Assembly: GCA_002269645.1 (NCBI GenBank)
Contig: NIVC01000471.1
Coordinates: 186,001 to 250,000, forward strand
Direction of reading: 5' to 3'
Origin: Macrostomum lignano
Taxonomy: Eukaryota
Length of the DNA stretch: 64,000 bases
Shown here: positions 43,385 through 55,880 of the stretch, in pieces
How the letters are laid out: each line of letters starts with the position of its first letter
How positions within the stretch are numbered: position 1 is the first letter of the stretch
Translations under genes and position numbers: made by a program
The notes under the pieces: generated by a model
The model's input: the letters and a program-made list of their open reading frames with translations, nothing else
Told to the model about the DNA's origin: nothing
Databases searched by the model: none

Positions 43385-44757
43385 GGATTCTTCGCTCGAG
43401 AAGAAAAAGTATCTGTCAGGGGATTCTTCACGCGAGCAGAGATAGCTGCGACCGTCCCCAGCTAAATCGCGCCGCCAAGAAGCCGCCAAGAAATCTAAAA
43501 AAAACTGATGACCCAAACTCTGACGTAAATTCAATTTTATGTAGTTTATAATCTTAGCTAAAATGTATTTTAATTAAAAATTCCCTTGCTCAGCATCAGT
43601 TTTAGCTACTCGTAGTTTTGCTTTTTTCTCTATTAGTACACGTAGATTTCAATAAAATAATCCATGCACTTCTTCCTTTTTATCAGCTTAAACAATTATG
43701 AGAAACTTTTAAATTTACTACAAAAATATACTTATTAAAAAATCAGTCACACATCAGTTAACATCTCCAGAATATTTCTCTTGTCCTGCTGGCTGCCTAT
43801 CAATTATTTTGTTTTATCAGAAAGCAATTCACTGCAAATATTTACTACTCGTAGTTGAGCACCTAAATTTGGCATTGAGTTCGGTAAGTTAGTCACTAAC
43901 AGAGTTCAAGCTTAAAGTGGAATGGTGCTTGTTCACTGTCACAGGCTTACGTGTATTTCATGTATAATTTGTGTTGTCTTTGATTGTTGTGCCTTGTATG
44001 TACTCATTTTTATTTTAAATTTCTCAAGCATATTTCTAAAGAATTCTGCAATGTCTCAGATTCTACTGAGTCACTCAGCATCCCAGATTCACTGAGTCTC
44101 TCAGTCACTCAGCATCCCAGATTCACTGAGTCTCTCAGTCACTCAGCATCCCAGATTCACTGAGTCTCTCAGTCACTCAGCATCCCAGATTCACTGAGTC
44201 TCTCAGTCACTCAGCATCCCAGATTCACTGAGTCTCTCAGTCACTCAGCATCCCAGATTCACTGAGTCTCTCAGTCACTCAGCATCCCAGATTCACTGAG
44301 TCTCTCAGTCACTCAGCATTCCAGATTCACTGAGTCTCTCAGTCACTCAGCATTCCAGTTTCACTGAGTCTCTCAGTCACTCAGCATTCCAGTTTCACTG
44401 AGTCTCTCAGTCACTCAGCATTCCAGATTCACTGAGTCTCTCAGTCACTCAGCATCCCAGATTCACTGAGTCTCTCAGTCACTCAGCATCCCAGATTCAC
44501 TGAGTCTCTCAGTCACTCAGCATCCCAGATTCACTGAGTCTCTCAGTCACTCAGCATTCCAGTTTCACTGAGTCTCTCAGTCACTCAGCATTCCAGATTC
44601 ACTGAGTCTCTCAGTCACTCAGCATCCCAGATTCACTGAGTCTGTCAGTCACTCAGCATTCCAGATTCACTGAGTCTATCAGTCACTCAGCATCCCAGTT
44701 TCACTGAGTCTCTCAGTCACTCAGCATCCCAGATTCACTGAGTCAGTCAGTCACTCA
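43385..44757 (+). pseudogene. ORF-X copy 3: 5'-truncated tail, 3' flank and 34-bp array
   Basis: ccgccaagaagccgccaagaaatctaaaa matches 22250-22285; 3' flank collinear with 22290-23860, including AATAAA (43651) and the AGATTCACTGAGTC array. Confidence 0.7.
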
Positions 44758-45214
44758 GATTAAATATAAGGGAGCAGAGGAGAGACAAGAGATGGGATGA
44801 GAGAAATGGTAGAAGAGGATAGAAGAGAGGGGTGAAGAGGGAGAGCTGCATGGAGAATGGAGAGAAGAGAGAAAAGTGGAGAGAGAAGTGAGGAGAAAGA
44901 GAGACAAGAGAGTAGAGATGAAAGGAAGGTTGAGAGAGTAGAGATGAGATGAGTAGAAAGAAGAGAGCAGAGAGATAAAAGAGCAGGAAGGAGAGAAGAG
45001 AGGAGTGAGGAGAGAAAAGTTTTGTACACTTTTGCTTGTTATCATTTACTCTATTATTTCTTAAGTATTAGTATTAGTAAGTCACTAAGAAATAGTAGAG
45101 TGAATGAAACAAGCAAAATATACACGAAGTTTGAACAAAGAATGGCTTATCTATTAGCTAGCACAGGCCACAGGCATTACCAGAGATTCGACGTAGTACG
45201 AATTGGCCAAATAG

Positions 45215-45850
45215 TGAATTCGGGGAGTCGGGAATTCGGCAAATCAGGAATTTGGCGAGTCAGGAATTCGGCAAGTCAGGAATTCGGCGAGTCAGGAATT
45301 CGGCGAGTCAGGAATTCGGCGAGTCAGGAATTCGGTGAGTCAGGAATTCGGCGAGTCAGGAATTTGGCGAGTCAGGAATTCGGCGAGTCAGGAATTTGGC
45401 GAGTCAGGAATTCGGCGAGTCAGGAATTCGGAGAATCGGGAATCGGCGAATCGGGGGTAAACCTTTTGATTGGGGGGGGGGGGCGTGAGTTAGGGGCGCC
45501 AGTTTCTTTATAGGGGGGAGGTTCTTTATAGGGGGGGGAGGGCTGCCGCAGTTTCTTTATAGGGGGGAGGGCTGCCGCAGTTTCTTTATAGGGGGGAGGG
45601 CTGCCGCAGTTTCTTTATAGGGGTGGGGGGGCTGCCGCAGTTTCTTTATAGGGGGGGAGGGCTGCCGCAGTTTCTTTATAGGGGGGGGGGGAGGGCTGCC
45701 GCAGTTTCTTTACAGGGGGAGGGCTGCCGCAGTTTCTTTTTAGGGGGGGGGGGGTGGAGGGCTGCCGCAGTTTCTTTACAGGGGGGGTGGAGGGCTGCCG
45801 CAGTTTCTTTACAGGGGGGAGGGCTGCCGCAGTTTCTTTATAGGGGGGCG
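45215..45850. repeat. 16-bp array (45215-45450) and G-rich ~30-bp array (45500-45850)
   Basis: TCGGCGAGTCAGGAAT; GGGGGGAGGGCTGCCGCAGTTTCTTTATA. Confidence 0.9.
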
Positions 45851-46606
45851 GCGCCACGAGTTTCTAACGCTGCAGTAAAGAAGCATTGCGGGCGGGCAAA
45901 TCTCATGGACCCCTGCAACCCAGTTGTGGATCCAGAAAATTTTAAAGACGGGGCGCAGAATACTATAAGGTGCATGTTCATGCATACCATGTACATTCAT
46001 ATGTGCATGATAATGTGTATTTTTCATATAAAAATAAGAAATCAAACTCGACGGAGGGCTGCCTCTTCCCTCCTCTGGAAGCATTCAGAGCTGCATGCAG
46101 CCCAACACAGGAGAGGGATGAGAAAGGTGAGAGCGAGAGGGAAGGAGTTAGGGGCCGGATGCAATGCCAGATCATCAAGAGCCTTTGGGACCGGATCTGG
46201 CCCTGAAGTGCACTGTACAGTCACTATTGTTAGTAATCCTAAGAAAAATTAAGTTCAAAGCAAAAACCATCGGTCTGTAATCTTTGGGCTTAGCTCTGAT
46301 TCTCCTTTGCTTATTCAAATTTAGTGCATGTGCCCTTGCCTGTTTTGGTAGGCTGGATGCTGCAGTGCATGGGGCAAGGTCTGGGCCTTTGTGAGTGCCT
46401 CTCACCTGCCCTGCCCTGTGCTCTGAGTTGGTCAGGGTGCCTCCCCGGGTGCTGCACCCTCTTCCCCAGGCGGTGTTTTGATTAGCTTATCCGGTGGGGA
46501 CGTCTGCCCCCCCCCCCAGGCCTGTGCTGGTATCGATTATGTTGCGCCCTTTCTCGCACTGCGCCTTCTTGCTTCACTATTATTCTCCTCGCGTCCGCTT
46601 TTCTTG

Positions 46607-46835
46607 TGTGACAGCGGTCTGGAGTAACTCTCCAAGTCAGTTTCAGTTAAAGTTAAAAGCAGAAGATAGACTTAAAGTAAATAGACATCACCTGGAAGCC
46701 AGAGAAGCCAAAGCCAGTTAAGCACCTCTCTGCAGAGACCAGCGAGCAAAATCAAATAAGAAGTCCAATAAACGCGCGTAAGCCGCCTGCTTCCTGGGGA
46801 GGCTTGTAAGTTGGCTACAGTGAATTCTTGTCACA
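46607..46835. mobile_element. Possible solo LTR
   Basis: TGTGACA...TGTCACA inverted ends with an internal AATAAA (~46770); no TSD found. Confidence 0.35.
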
Positions 46836-46998
46836 CAATTGAACGAGCAACTTGGTACTCAGAGCATCTTAGCGCCTGTCAGCAGTAATACCGCATTGGC
46901 AGAGCATCACAACGCCTGCTGGTACAGCCTTAGGGTACTTGGGCTGGGCACCCGAACCGACCCGGGTCCACTATACAAAAACTTCTGTACGGGGGGCG

Positions 46999-48443
46999 CT
47001 GATTGCTAGCCAGGAATTTCGATTGGGGGGCGGGCAGGTTGGCTTGGCTGGCCAAGCCTCATGCAATTGTCACTTTTGGCGACGCAGGCACTCATTTTAG
47101 CACCACAGGCACTCATTTTAGCACCGCAGGCACTCATTTTAGCACCACAGGCACTCATTTTAGCGCCGCAGGCACTCATTTTAGCACCACAGGCACTCAT
47201 TTTAGCGCCGCAGGCACTCATTTTAGCACCGCAGGCACTCATTTTAGCGTCACAGGCACTCATTTTAGCACCGCAGGCACTCATTTTAGCGTCACAGGCA
47301 CTCAATTTAGCACCGCAGGCACTCATTTTAGCGCCGCAGGCACTCATTTTAGCACCGCAGGAACTCATTTTAGCACCGCAGGCACTCATTTTAGCACCGC
47401 AGGCACTCATTTTAGCGCCGCAGGCACTCATTTTAGCGCCGCAGGCACTCATTTTAGCACCACAGGCACTCCTTTTAGCACCACAGGCACTCATTTTAGC
47501 GCCACAGGCACTCATTTTAGCGCCGCAGGCACTCATTTTAGCACCGCAGGCACTCATTTTAGCACCGCAGGCACTCATTTTAGCGCCGCAGGCACTCATT
47601 TAAGCGCCGCAGGCACTCATTTTAGCGCCGCAGGCACTCATTTTAGCGCCTCAGGCACTCATTTTAGCGCCGCCAGGCACTCATTTTAGCGCCGCCAGGC
47701 ACTCATTTTAGCGCCGCCAGGCACTCATTTTAGCGCCGCAGGCACTCATTTTAGCGCCGCAGGCACTCATTTTAGCGCCGCAGGCACTTTTTTTAGCGCC
47801 GAAGGCACTCATTTTAGCGCCGCAGGAACTCATTTTAGCGTCGCAGACACTCATTTTAGCGCCACAGGCAATCATTTTAGCGCCGCAGGCACTCATTTTA
47901 GCGCCGCAGGCAATCATTTTAGCACCGCAGGCAATCATTCTAGCGCCGCCAGGCACTCATTTTAGCGCCTCAGGCACTCATTTTAGCGCCGCAGGCACTC
48001 ATTTTAGCGCCGCAGGCACTCATTTTAGCGCCGCAGGCACTTTTTTAGCGCCGAAGGCACTCATTTTAGCGCCACAGGCACTCATTTTAGCGCCACAGTC
48101 ATTCATTTTGGCACCGCAGGCACTCGTTTTAGCGCCGCAGGCACTCATTTTAGCGCCGCAGGCACTCATTTTAGCGCCGCAGGCACTTTTTTTAGCGCCG
48201 AAGGCACTCATTTTAGCGCCACAGGCACTCATTTTAGCGCCACAGTCATTCATTTTGGCACCGCAGGCACTCGTTTTAGCGCCGCAGGCACTCATTTTAG
48301 CGCCGCAGGCACTCATTTTAGCGCCACAGGCATTCATTTTAGCACCGCAGGCACTCATTTGCCTCATGGTTTTGGGTACCCGCCGCGCGCAACCCCACTT
48401 CCAGGCGATTAGAGGGGGGCGGCCCCCCTTGGCTACGCCACTG
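46999..48443. mobile_element. Possible hAT-type MITE carrying a 21-bp minisatellite
   Basis: Right end GGCTACGCCACTG (CAGTGGCGTAGCC-type TIR); left end is only a degenerate match (CTGATTGCTAGCC). Confidence 0.3.
47085..48360. repeat. 21-bp minisatellite
   Basis: GCACTCATTTTAGCGCCGCAG. Confidence 0.95.
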
Positions 48444-48504
48444 CTATTCTGTGCTATTAACCATGAGTCTGACTCAGTCCTACCTAATTGCTATTCACTG
48501 ACAG

Positions 48505-48957
48505 GTGCGACACCGATTCAAAGAAATGCGTTGTGGATTCCTGGAAAACCAGTGGCCAATGCCGGAAGTCGAGAGAAACAGAAATTTGAAATCTACTATA
48601 AGAAATATAGCGGAATATATTATACAGCTGGAGCAAAGTGCTGGCTTTGCTAAAATAATAAATTATGTAAAAAACACGCTGCACATGTGTCTCGTTCACT
48701 ATGAGAATCAGAACTTCGTTCATGTAAATCTCAACAGAAAATACAGAATGATTTTGAGACCCATAGAAATGAACGACTGCAGCCCCTACGTGTGCATGCA
48801 AGTATATGAACGCTCACACGAACGCGGACCGACGCTCAAGAAGCACAAACGTTTTCTAAACTTATCAGGGACGCCAAGAAAAATTGAAAAAAAATTTAAG
48901 GAAATATCTACCGGTAATCCGCAAGAAAAAGCAACAGTCAGCTGGTTCTTCACGTGA
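48505..48957 (+). CDS. ORF-X copy 2: 150-aa paralog
   Basis: Same acceptor context actgacag|GTG; about 45% aa identity to copy 1 in the core (by eye); homologous upstream and 3' flank. Confidence 0.65.
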   Translation: MRHRFKEMRCGFLENQWPMPEVERNRNLKSTIRNIAEYIIQLEQSAGFAKIINYVKNTLHMCLVHYENQNFVHVNLNRKYRMILRPIEMNDCSPYVCMQVYERSHERGPTLKKHKRFLNLSGTPRKIEKKFKEISTGNPQEKATVSWFFT

Positions 48958-49200
48958 GCAGAGAAAGCGACCGTCCCCGGCTAAAGCGTGGCACCAAAAA
49001 GACTAAAAACAACTGATGAACCAAACTCTGACATGAATTTATTTTTATTAGTTTTTCATTTCAATTTCTATAAACTCATTTATAGTTAAATCGTACAGCA
49101 AGAAGTTCTTTGATGGCATCTATTATTGTTCTCGATAGTTTTGCTTTTTTGGGAAAACGTTTAGCAAATTAGCAAATAGCTTAAATGCACCGTTAGGATT

Positions 49201-49485
49201 GTGTTTCGCACCGAAAAGATCGGTCGCTATGCTAGCAGGCTTAAGTCAGCTGTTCCACCTGCTCTAAGGGCTGGTGCTGTTTACCAATTTCGCTGCTCTG
49301 AGGATCAGAGCGTTTCCTACATTGGAAAAACGAAGCGAAACCTGCACACTAGAGCTAGGGAACATTGGCTAAAAAGCTCTGCGATTAATGACCAATGGAT
49401 GCAAATTTGACCATGAGCTTAAGATTATTGAAGCTTTGTATAATATGATCAGAATGCATCAACCCAACTTGAATTTGCAGCTATA
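49201..49485 (+). mobile_element. Penelope-like element GIY-YIG endonuclease fragment
   Basis: GAVYQFRCS...SYIGKTKRNLHTRAREH, then degenerate ELKIIEALY...HQPNLN. Confidence 0.8.
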
Positions 49486-49789
49486 GCTGACAATGGGGTG
49501 GAGCGTCAGCTACATGTAAGAGTGCTGTGAGCGGTGCCGTGCGTATTCTCTCTCTCTCTCTCTCTTAGGGATTCCAAACTCCCTGACAATTGACAATCCC
49601 TGGTTTAAAAAATCCCGAAATCGCGTGGCTCTGAAATCCCGAGATTATAAATCCCGAAAAATCCGCTTAAAACTTTAGGAAAATCCCGGGATCCCGATTA
49701 TCCAAAATAACAACTCGTAACTGTCTCGCAACATGCAGACGCAACGCAAGAAACAAAAGGTATTTAATATTGACTTTCAAATTCAGGAA

Positions 49790-50720
49790 ACTTCAACAAT
49801 TGGGCTTCCAATTTGACACCACATTAATATCCAGCTCACTGGCCCCAGAATCGCTTGGTCCGACGTGTCCGGCCTGGTCAACTTTAACTTCTTCTTCTTT
49901 AGTTTGCAGTGCCAATGCCGACGTCACAGCAGAGCTGCTCGCTTGCAGAGATCGGTCCTGACGTTTTGTAAGGTACCTGCGGGCCGTTCGTTCAGATGTC
50001 TGGCCGGTGATGGACATAATGTCGGCCATGCTATGTCCCGCGGCCTCTAGATCCGTAAACCTGGTGACCCTAAGAAAATATGATCAATGATGATTACATT
50101 ACTAACGCATGTAGTTTACAATGTTTTCTCGCAGATAAATTAAAGATCTAAGATCTGTTATTTTCGAGATCAAAAAAATTAGTCGTACTACCTGATGCAA
50201 TGGTTGGAATACATCTTCGATAGCCCAGCCGTCTCGCTCAAGTTATGCATGAATCGAACAAGATAGTTGACACCGCGATCATGCTTCGTTGAATGCGTAG
50301 GACTTCCGTTCGCAGAGTTTGCCAGTGGCTGTGGAACTAGATGGTTATCCTTGGTTTCAACTGGTAGAAGGTCTAGATACCGTCGTACCTTTTCAATATC
50401 GTAAATCCTTGCCTGCTGGTTGTCGGGTTGTGCTTTACTTCTCACTGGATCCGCGGACTTATTCTTAGACGGAAGAGGCGGCAGACAGTAGAACTCCTTA
50501 CCATCAGAGTCGATGTGCAGCTCCAATGCAGCTCGTCATGTCAGATGCTGCAGGTGCTCTTTGGCCTCTTTCGCCCAAGTAATAAAGGACATAAAACAGA
50601 AATAAATTTGTCCTGCTCTGCCACTGCCGTACCTCCCTCAAAGTAGCATGCAAGCTTTTGAAAATCACGGCCAGTCTCCAATTTCGATGTCTATGGCCTC
50701 CAATTTCGGCCATAGACAAC
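49790..50720 (-). mobile_element. Crypton-type tyrosine recombinase pseudogene with a spliceosomal intron (50070-50191)
   Basis: LGERGQ(fs)EHLQHLT*...DSDGKEFY...FMHNLSETAGLSKMYSNHCIR|VTRFTDLEAAGHSMADIMSITGQTSERTARRY: R...HxxR...Y motifs in order; GT-AG intron restores the frame. Confidence 0.8.
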
Positions 50721-50779
50721 TGATTCACCAATGTTATCTGCGGTACTGTCCATTGATTGAATTAAGGTGAATTAGTGAA

Positions 50780-50830
50780 TTGGCCCTGACGACGTCTTTG
50801 ACTCAATGTTTGACGAAACGCGTTGGCTAA
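50780..50830 (+). ncRNA. Minimal type-I hammerhead ribozyme (Penelope-associated type)
   Basis: Stem I TTGGCC/GGCTAA; CTGACGA core; stem II GTC...GAC; GAAA; palindromic stem III ACGCGT; cleavage triplet GUU. Confidence 0.7.
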
Positions 50831-51074
50831 AAAGAAAAATTGTACTATACATTTTCGTTGACGTTTATTTTCCTACTACTTTTTATTAGTACACGTATAT
50901 TTCAATACAATTTTCCATGCAATTCTTCTTTTTATCAGCTCAAATAATTATGAGAAAATTTTTAAATTTACTACAGAAGATATACTCGCTTATCAAAAAA
51001 GCAGTTAGACATCAAGGTAAAATCTCCAGAATACTCGTATTTCTCTTAGTTCTGTTGCCTACTTGTTTCTCAAA

Positions 51075-54000
51075 TCTGATCCTCAAATCCCTGATCCTCA
51101 AATCCCTTGATCCTCAACTCCCTGATCCTCAAATCCCTGATCCTCAAATCCCTTGATCCTCAACTCCCTGATCCTCAAATCCCTGATCCTCAAATCCCTT
51201 GATCCTCAAATCCCTGACCCGAAAGTCCTTGGGACCCTCAAATCCCTGATCCTCAAATCCCTGATCCTCAAATCCCTGATCCTCAAATCCCTGATCCTCA
51301 AATCCCTGATCCTCAACTCCCTGATCCTCAAATCCCTGATCCTCAACTCCCTGATCCTCAACTCCCTGATCCTCAACTCCCTGATCCTCAAATCCCTGAT
51401 CCTCAAATCCCTTGATCCTCAAATCCCTGACCCGAAAGTCCTTGGGACCCTCAAATCCCTGATCCTCAAATCCCTGATCCTCAAATCCCTGACCCGAAAG
51501 TCCTTGGGACCCTCAAATCCCTGATCCTCAAATCCCTGATCCTCAAATCCCTGATCCTCAAATCCCTGATCCTCAAATCCCTGATCCTCAAATCCCTGAT
51601 CCCCAAATCCCTGATCCTCGCATCCCTGATTCTTAAATCCCTGATCCTCAAATCCCTGATCCCCAAATCCCTGATCCTCGCATCCCTGATTCTTAAATCC
51701 CTGATCCTCAAATCCCTGATCCTCAAATCCCTGATCCTCAAATCCCTGACCCGAAAGTCCTTGGGACCCTCAAATCCCTGATCCTCAAATCCCTGATCCT
51801 CAACTCCCTGATCCTCAACTCCCTGATCCTCAACTCCCTGATCCTCAAATCCCTGATCCTCAAATCCCTGATCCTCAAATCCCTGACCCGAAAGTCCTTG
51901 GGACCCTCAAATCCCTGATCCTCAAATCCCTGATCCTCAACTCCCTGATCCTCAACTCCCTGATCCTCAACTCCCTGATCCTCAAATCCCTGATCCTCAA
52001 ATCCCTTGATCCTCAAATCCCTGACCCGAAAGTCCTTGGGACCCTCAAATCCCTGATCCTCAAATCCCTGATCCTCAAATCCCTGATCCTCAAATCCCTG
52101 ATCCTCAAATCCCTGATCCTCAAATCCCTGATCCCCAAATCCCTGATCCTCGCATCCCTGATTCTTAAATCCCTGATCCTCAAATCCCTGATCCCCAAAT
52201 CCCTGATCCTCGCATCCCTGATTCTTAAATCCCTGACCCTCAAATTCCTGACCCGAAAGTCCTTGGTCCTCAAATTCCTAATCCTTAAAGCCAGCGCCGC
52301 TCATCCCCCACATTCGCAGGATATTCGAGCTGAAGTGCATCCTGCCAATCGACAAAGACCTGTACATCCGCGTCAAGGACTACGACTTCCTCAGCTCCGA
52401 TGACGTAATTGGCGAGACGGTGATCAACTTGGAAGTAGAGCTGAAATTTGATTAGAAATATAAGAAGTCAAATGAGAAGTTGAAGATCGGGCAGCTTTGC
52501 TGAGAGGCTGGTTGGTCCCGACACCTCAATACTGAAATCCCGCATCGGCAGGGCAAGGTGGAGATGGAGCTGGAGCTGCTGACGGTCGAAGAGGCGCAGC
52601 TTCGTCCCGCCGGTTTCGGCCAAGACGAGCCCAACGAGAACCCGCATCTGGAGCCGCCCAAGTGAGCTGCGGGTCTTCTTGTCTTGCTGTATTCATGCCC
52701 CACTTGCACTACTGACTAAATGCCAATGAGTAGTTTCTTCTGAATCCATCAAATCTCCCAAATCTCCCCAAATCCCAAAATCTCCAAATCTCCTCAAATG
52801 TCCCCGAATTCATCAAATCTCCCCAAATCCCAAAATCTCCCAAAATCCTCCAATCTCCCGAAATCCCCTAAATCTCCCAAAATCCCCTAAATCTCCCAAA
52901 TCCCCTAAATCTCCCAAAATCCCAAAATCTACCCAAATCCACAAATCCCCGAATAATTTATTAAAAATTAATTTATCAGAAATTATTTTTTTGTAAATTT
53001 TGCAGGGCCTCGCCGCTCGCAAAGTGATGGGAGTCTGAGCTTTGGTCATGCAGTTCAGCTTGACATTCTTTAAACTTTTTCCGCAGTCTAAAGCGCAAAA
53101 CTGACAGATTTTTCGTTACGATTTATGTTAATAAATATTATTAATCTCTGTGCTAAGAGATTTATTTGCAATAGTATTACGAGTACCATATACTCGTAGA
53201 TATCTTGAAAAATAATTTTTGAATAGCTGCATAGAATGTATCTTGCAACAATCTTATTCATTCGTTATTTGTTTTGTTAATCGCATAATAATGGCCCAAT
53301 TTTTAATTAACCGAAAATTGAAAATTTAGCTCTTTAGTTGTTTGTTTACCCGAATTACATATTTTATAATCTCGCTTACAACCCGACTCTCTGCAATACT
53401 GAAGTTTTTTGGTTACGTTTTTTCGAAAGTTTCAATGAAAAAAGTGAAAATAATTCAATAAATGAATTTCAACTTTCTAATCGGGTTTTTGACTTTGAAT
53501 TTTGATTTTGCAATTTTTTCCTTGCACTTCTGCGCACTCTGCTATTGTCTCAAAAATATTTAATTGGATTTTCCTTGTTAGTGCTCAATGTTAACTGTCT
53601 TCAGAATCCTGAGATTTCTACTGAAATTCCCGCTGGAATTCTCCTTGAGATTCTCCTCTGGAATTATCCTTGAGATTCCCCTCTGGAATTCTCTTTAGAT
53701 TCCCTTCTGGTATTCTTTAAATTTTCCTCTGGAGTTCTTCTTGAGATTCCCCTCTGGAGTTCTTCTTGAGATTCCCCTCTGGAGCTCTTGAGATTCCCCT
53801 CTGGAGCTCTTGAGATTCCCCTCTGGAGCTCTTAAGATTCCCCTCTGGAGCTCTTGAGATTCCCCTCTGGAGCTCTTGAGATTCCCCTCTGGAGCTCTTG
53901 AGATTCCCATCTGGAGCTCTTGAGATTCCCCTCTGGAGCTCTTGAGATTCCCCTCTGGAGCTCTTGAGATTCCCCTCTGGAGCTCTTGAGATTCCCCTCT

Positions 54001-54090
54001 GGAGCTCTTGAGATTTCCCTCTGGAACTCTTGAGATTTCCCTGGAATTCTTGAGATTCTCCCTGGAACTCTTGAGATACCCCTCTGGAAT
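51075..54090 (+). pseudogene. Internally deleted duplicate of the ferlin 3' end
   Basis: Collinear copies of the 15-bp intron array, exon 24696-~24810 (52320-52434), exon 31945-32054 (52552-52661, identical), last exon (53006-53038), 3' UTR and downstream array; TM exon and most of C2F-C2G absent. Confidence 0.9.
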
Positions 54091-54849
54091 TCCCCTAAAA
54101 AATTAATCTATTCATACTCGAATTCTCCCCAAAACTCTGGGATCAGAACTCCCGCGGGTTTACTTTCGAATCCCCCAATTAAATTCGCTCATTAAAAATG
54201 CAACAATAAAATTCGAATCAGACCTCCAAATTCCAGGAAAATATCTATTTAAGCTTTTATCATACCGATAGTTTCCCAAGAACACCAACTGACTCCAGCA
54301 CTCCCTCTGGATTTACTGCACGATTTCATCCCAACGCGCTTTCATCGCTCAAACGCAGAATGATCGGAAATTAAAAGAAGATCGCCTGGCGCAAATAAGT
54401 AGAGAGATTGATGGTGGACCTCCCGACTCCAGTAGACATGGGCCATTGGTCTCTGCACTCACCGGTTATTGACCTGTCAATTTACCTGGGTATTGGAGCG
54501 GGCAGTGCTAAACTGGCACGCACCAAATGTTTGTCTATTTATATTCCACTCTGGGTAAGTTGGCCATCTGCCTTTATCTTAATTCAATATTACCTGGGAG
54601 GCTGCGCGATGATGGAGAGTCCTACGAGTATATGATGTCGGCTATGGTTTTTTGTGTAATCTATACTCCATTCTGGGCAACCAGATAACGCCTTGTTGTA
54701 GCGGCAGTGGCGTCTGTTTTGACTGGGAGAGGGAATAACAAGTTCCTCTTTTTGACTGAGAGCGAAACAGATTGACATGAAGGTTAAGCAGGCATGACTG
54801 CGGTTAGTCGTCAAAAGTTATATTAGGCTGTTAAGAGCGAGAGTAGACT

Positions 54850-54931
54850 GGGGTAAGAGGGAGAGAGACGGGATGAGAAGGAGAGAGACGAGGGTGAGAT
54901 GGAGAGATGAGGATGAGGGAGAGAGACGAGG

Positions 54932-54979
<48 letters not shown>

Positions 54980-55880
54980 CGAGAGAGAGGGAGAGAGACG
55001 AGGGAGAGAGACAGGATGAGAGAGGAAGAGAGACAAGGTGAGAGGGAGAGAGAGGGTGAGAGGGAGAGAGACAGGGTGAGAGGGAGAGAGAGGGTGAGAG
55101 GGAGAGAGACAGGATGAGAGAGGGAGAGAGACAGGGTGAGAGAGAGAGACAGGTCGAGAGAGAGAGAGAGAGACAGGGTGAGAGAGAGAGAGGCAGGGTG
55201 AGAGAGAGAGAGAGAGAGACAGGGTGAGAGAGAGAGAGGCAGGGTGAGAGAGAGAGAGAGACAGGGTGAGAGAGAGAGACAGGGTGAGAGAGAGAGACAG
55301 GGTGAGAGAGAGACAGGGTGAGAGAGAGAGACAGGGTGAGAGAGAGAGAGAGACAGGGTGAGAGAGAGAGACAGGGTGAGAGAGAGAGACAGGGTGAGAG
55401 AGAGAGACAGGGTGAGAGAGAGAGACAGGGTGAGAGAGAGACAGGGTGAGAGAGAGACAGGGTGAGAGAGAGAGAGACAGGGTGAGAGAGAGACAGGGTG
55501 AGAGAGAGACAGGGTGAGAGAGAGAGACAGGGTGAGAGAGAGAGACAGGGTGAGAGAGAGAGAGACAGGGTGAGAGAGAGAGACAGGGTGAGAGAGAGAC
55601 AGGGTGAGAGAGAGACAGGGTGAGAGAGAGACAGGGTGAGAGAGAGACAGGGTGAGAGAGAGACAGGGTGAGAGAGAGAGAGACAGGGTGAGAGAGAGAC
55701 AGGGTGAGAGAGAGACAGGGTGAGAGAGAGACAGGGTGAGAGAGAGACAGGGTGAGAGAGAGACAGGGTGAGAGAGAGACAGGGTGAGAGAGAGACAGGG
55801 TGAGAGAGAGACAGGGTGAGAGAGAGACAGGGTGAGAGAGAGAGACAGGGTGAGAGGGAGAGAGACAGTGTGAGAGGTAG
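54850..55880. repeat. (GA)n / GAGAGAGAGACAGGGT repeat
   Basis: Visible tandem units. Confidence 0.95.
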
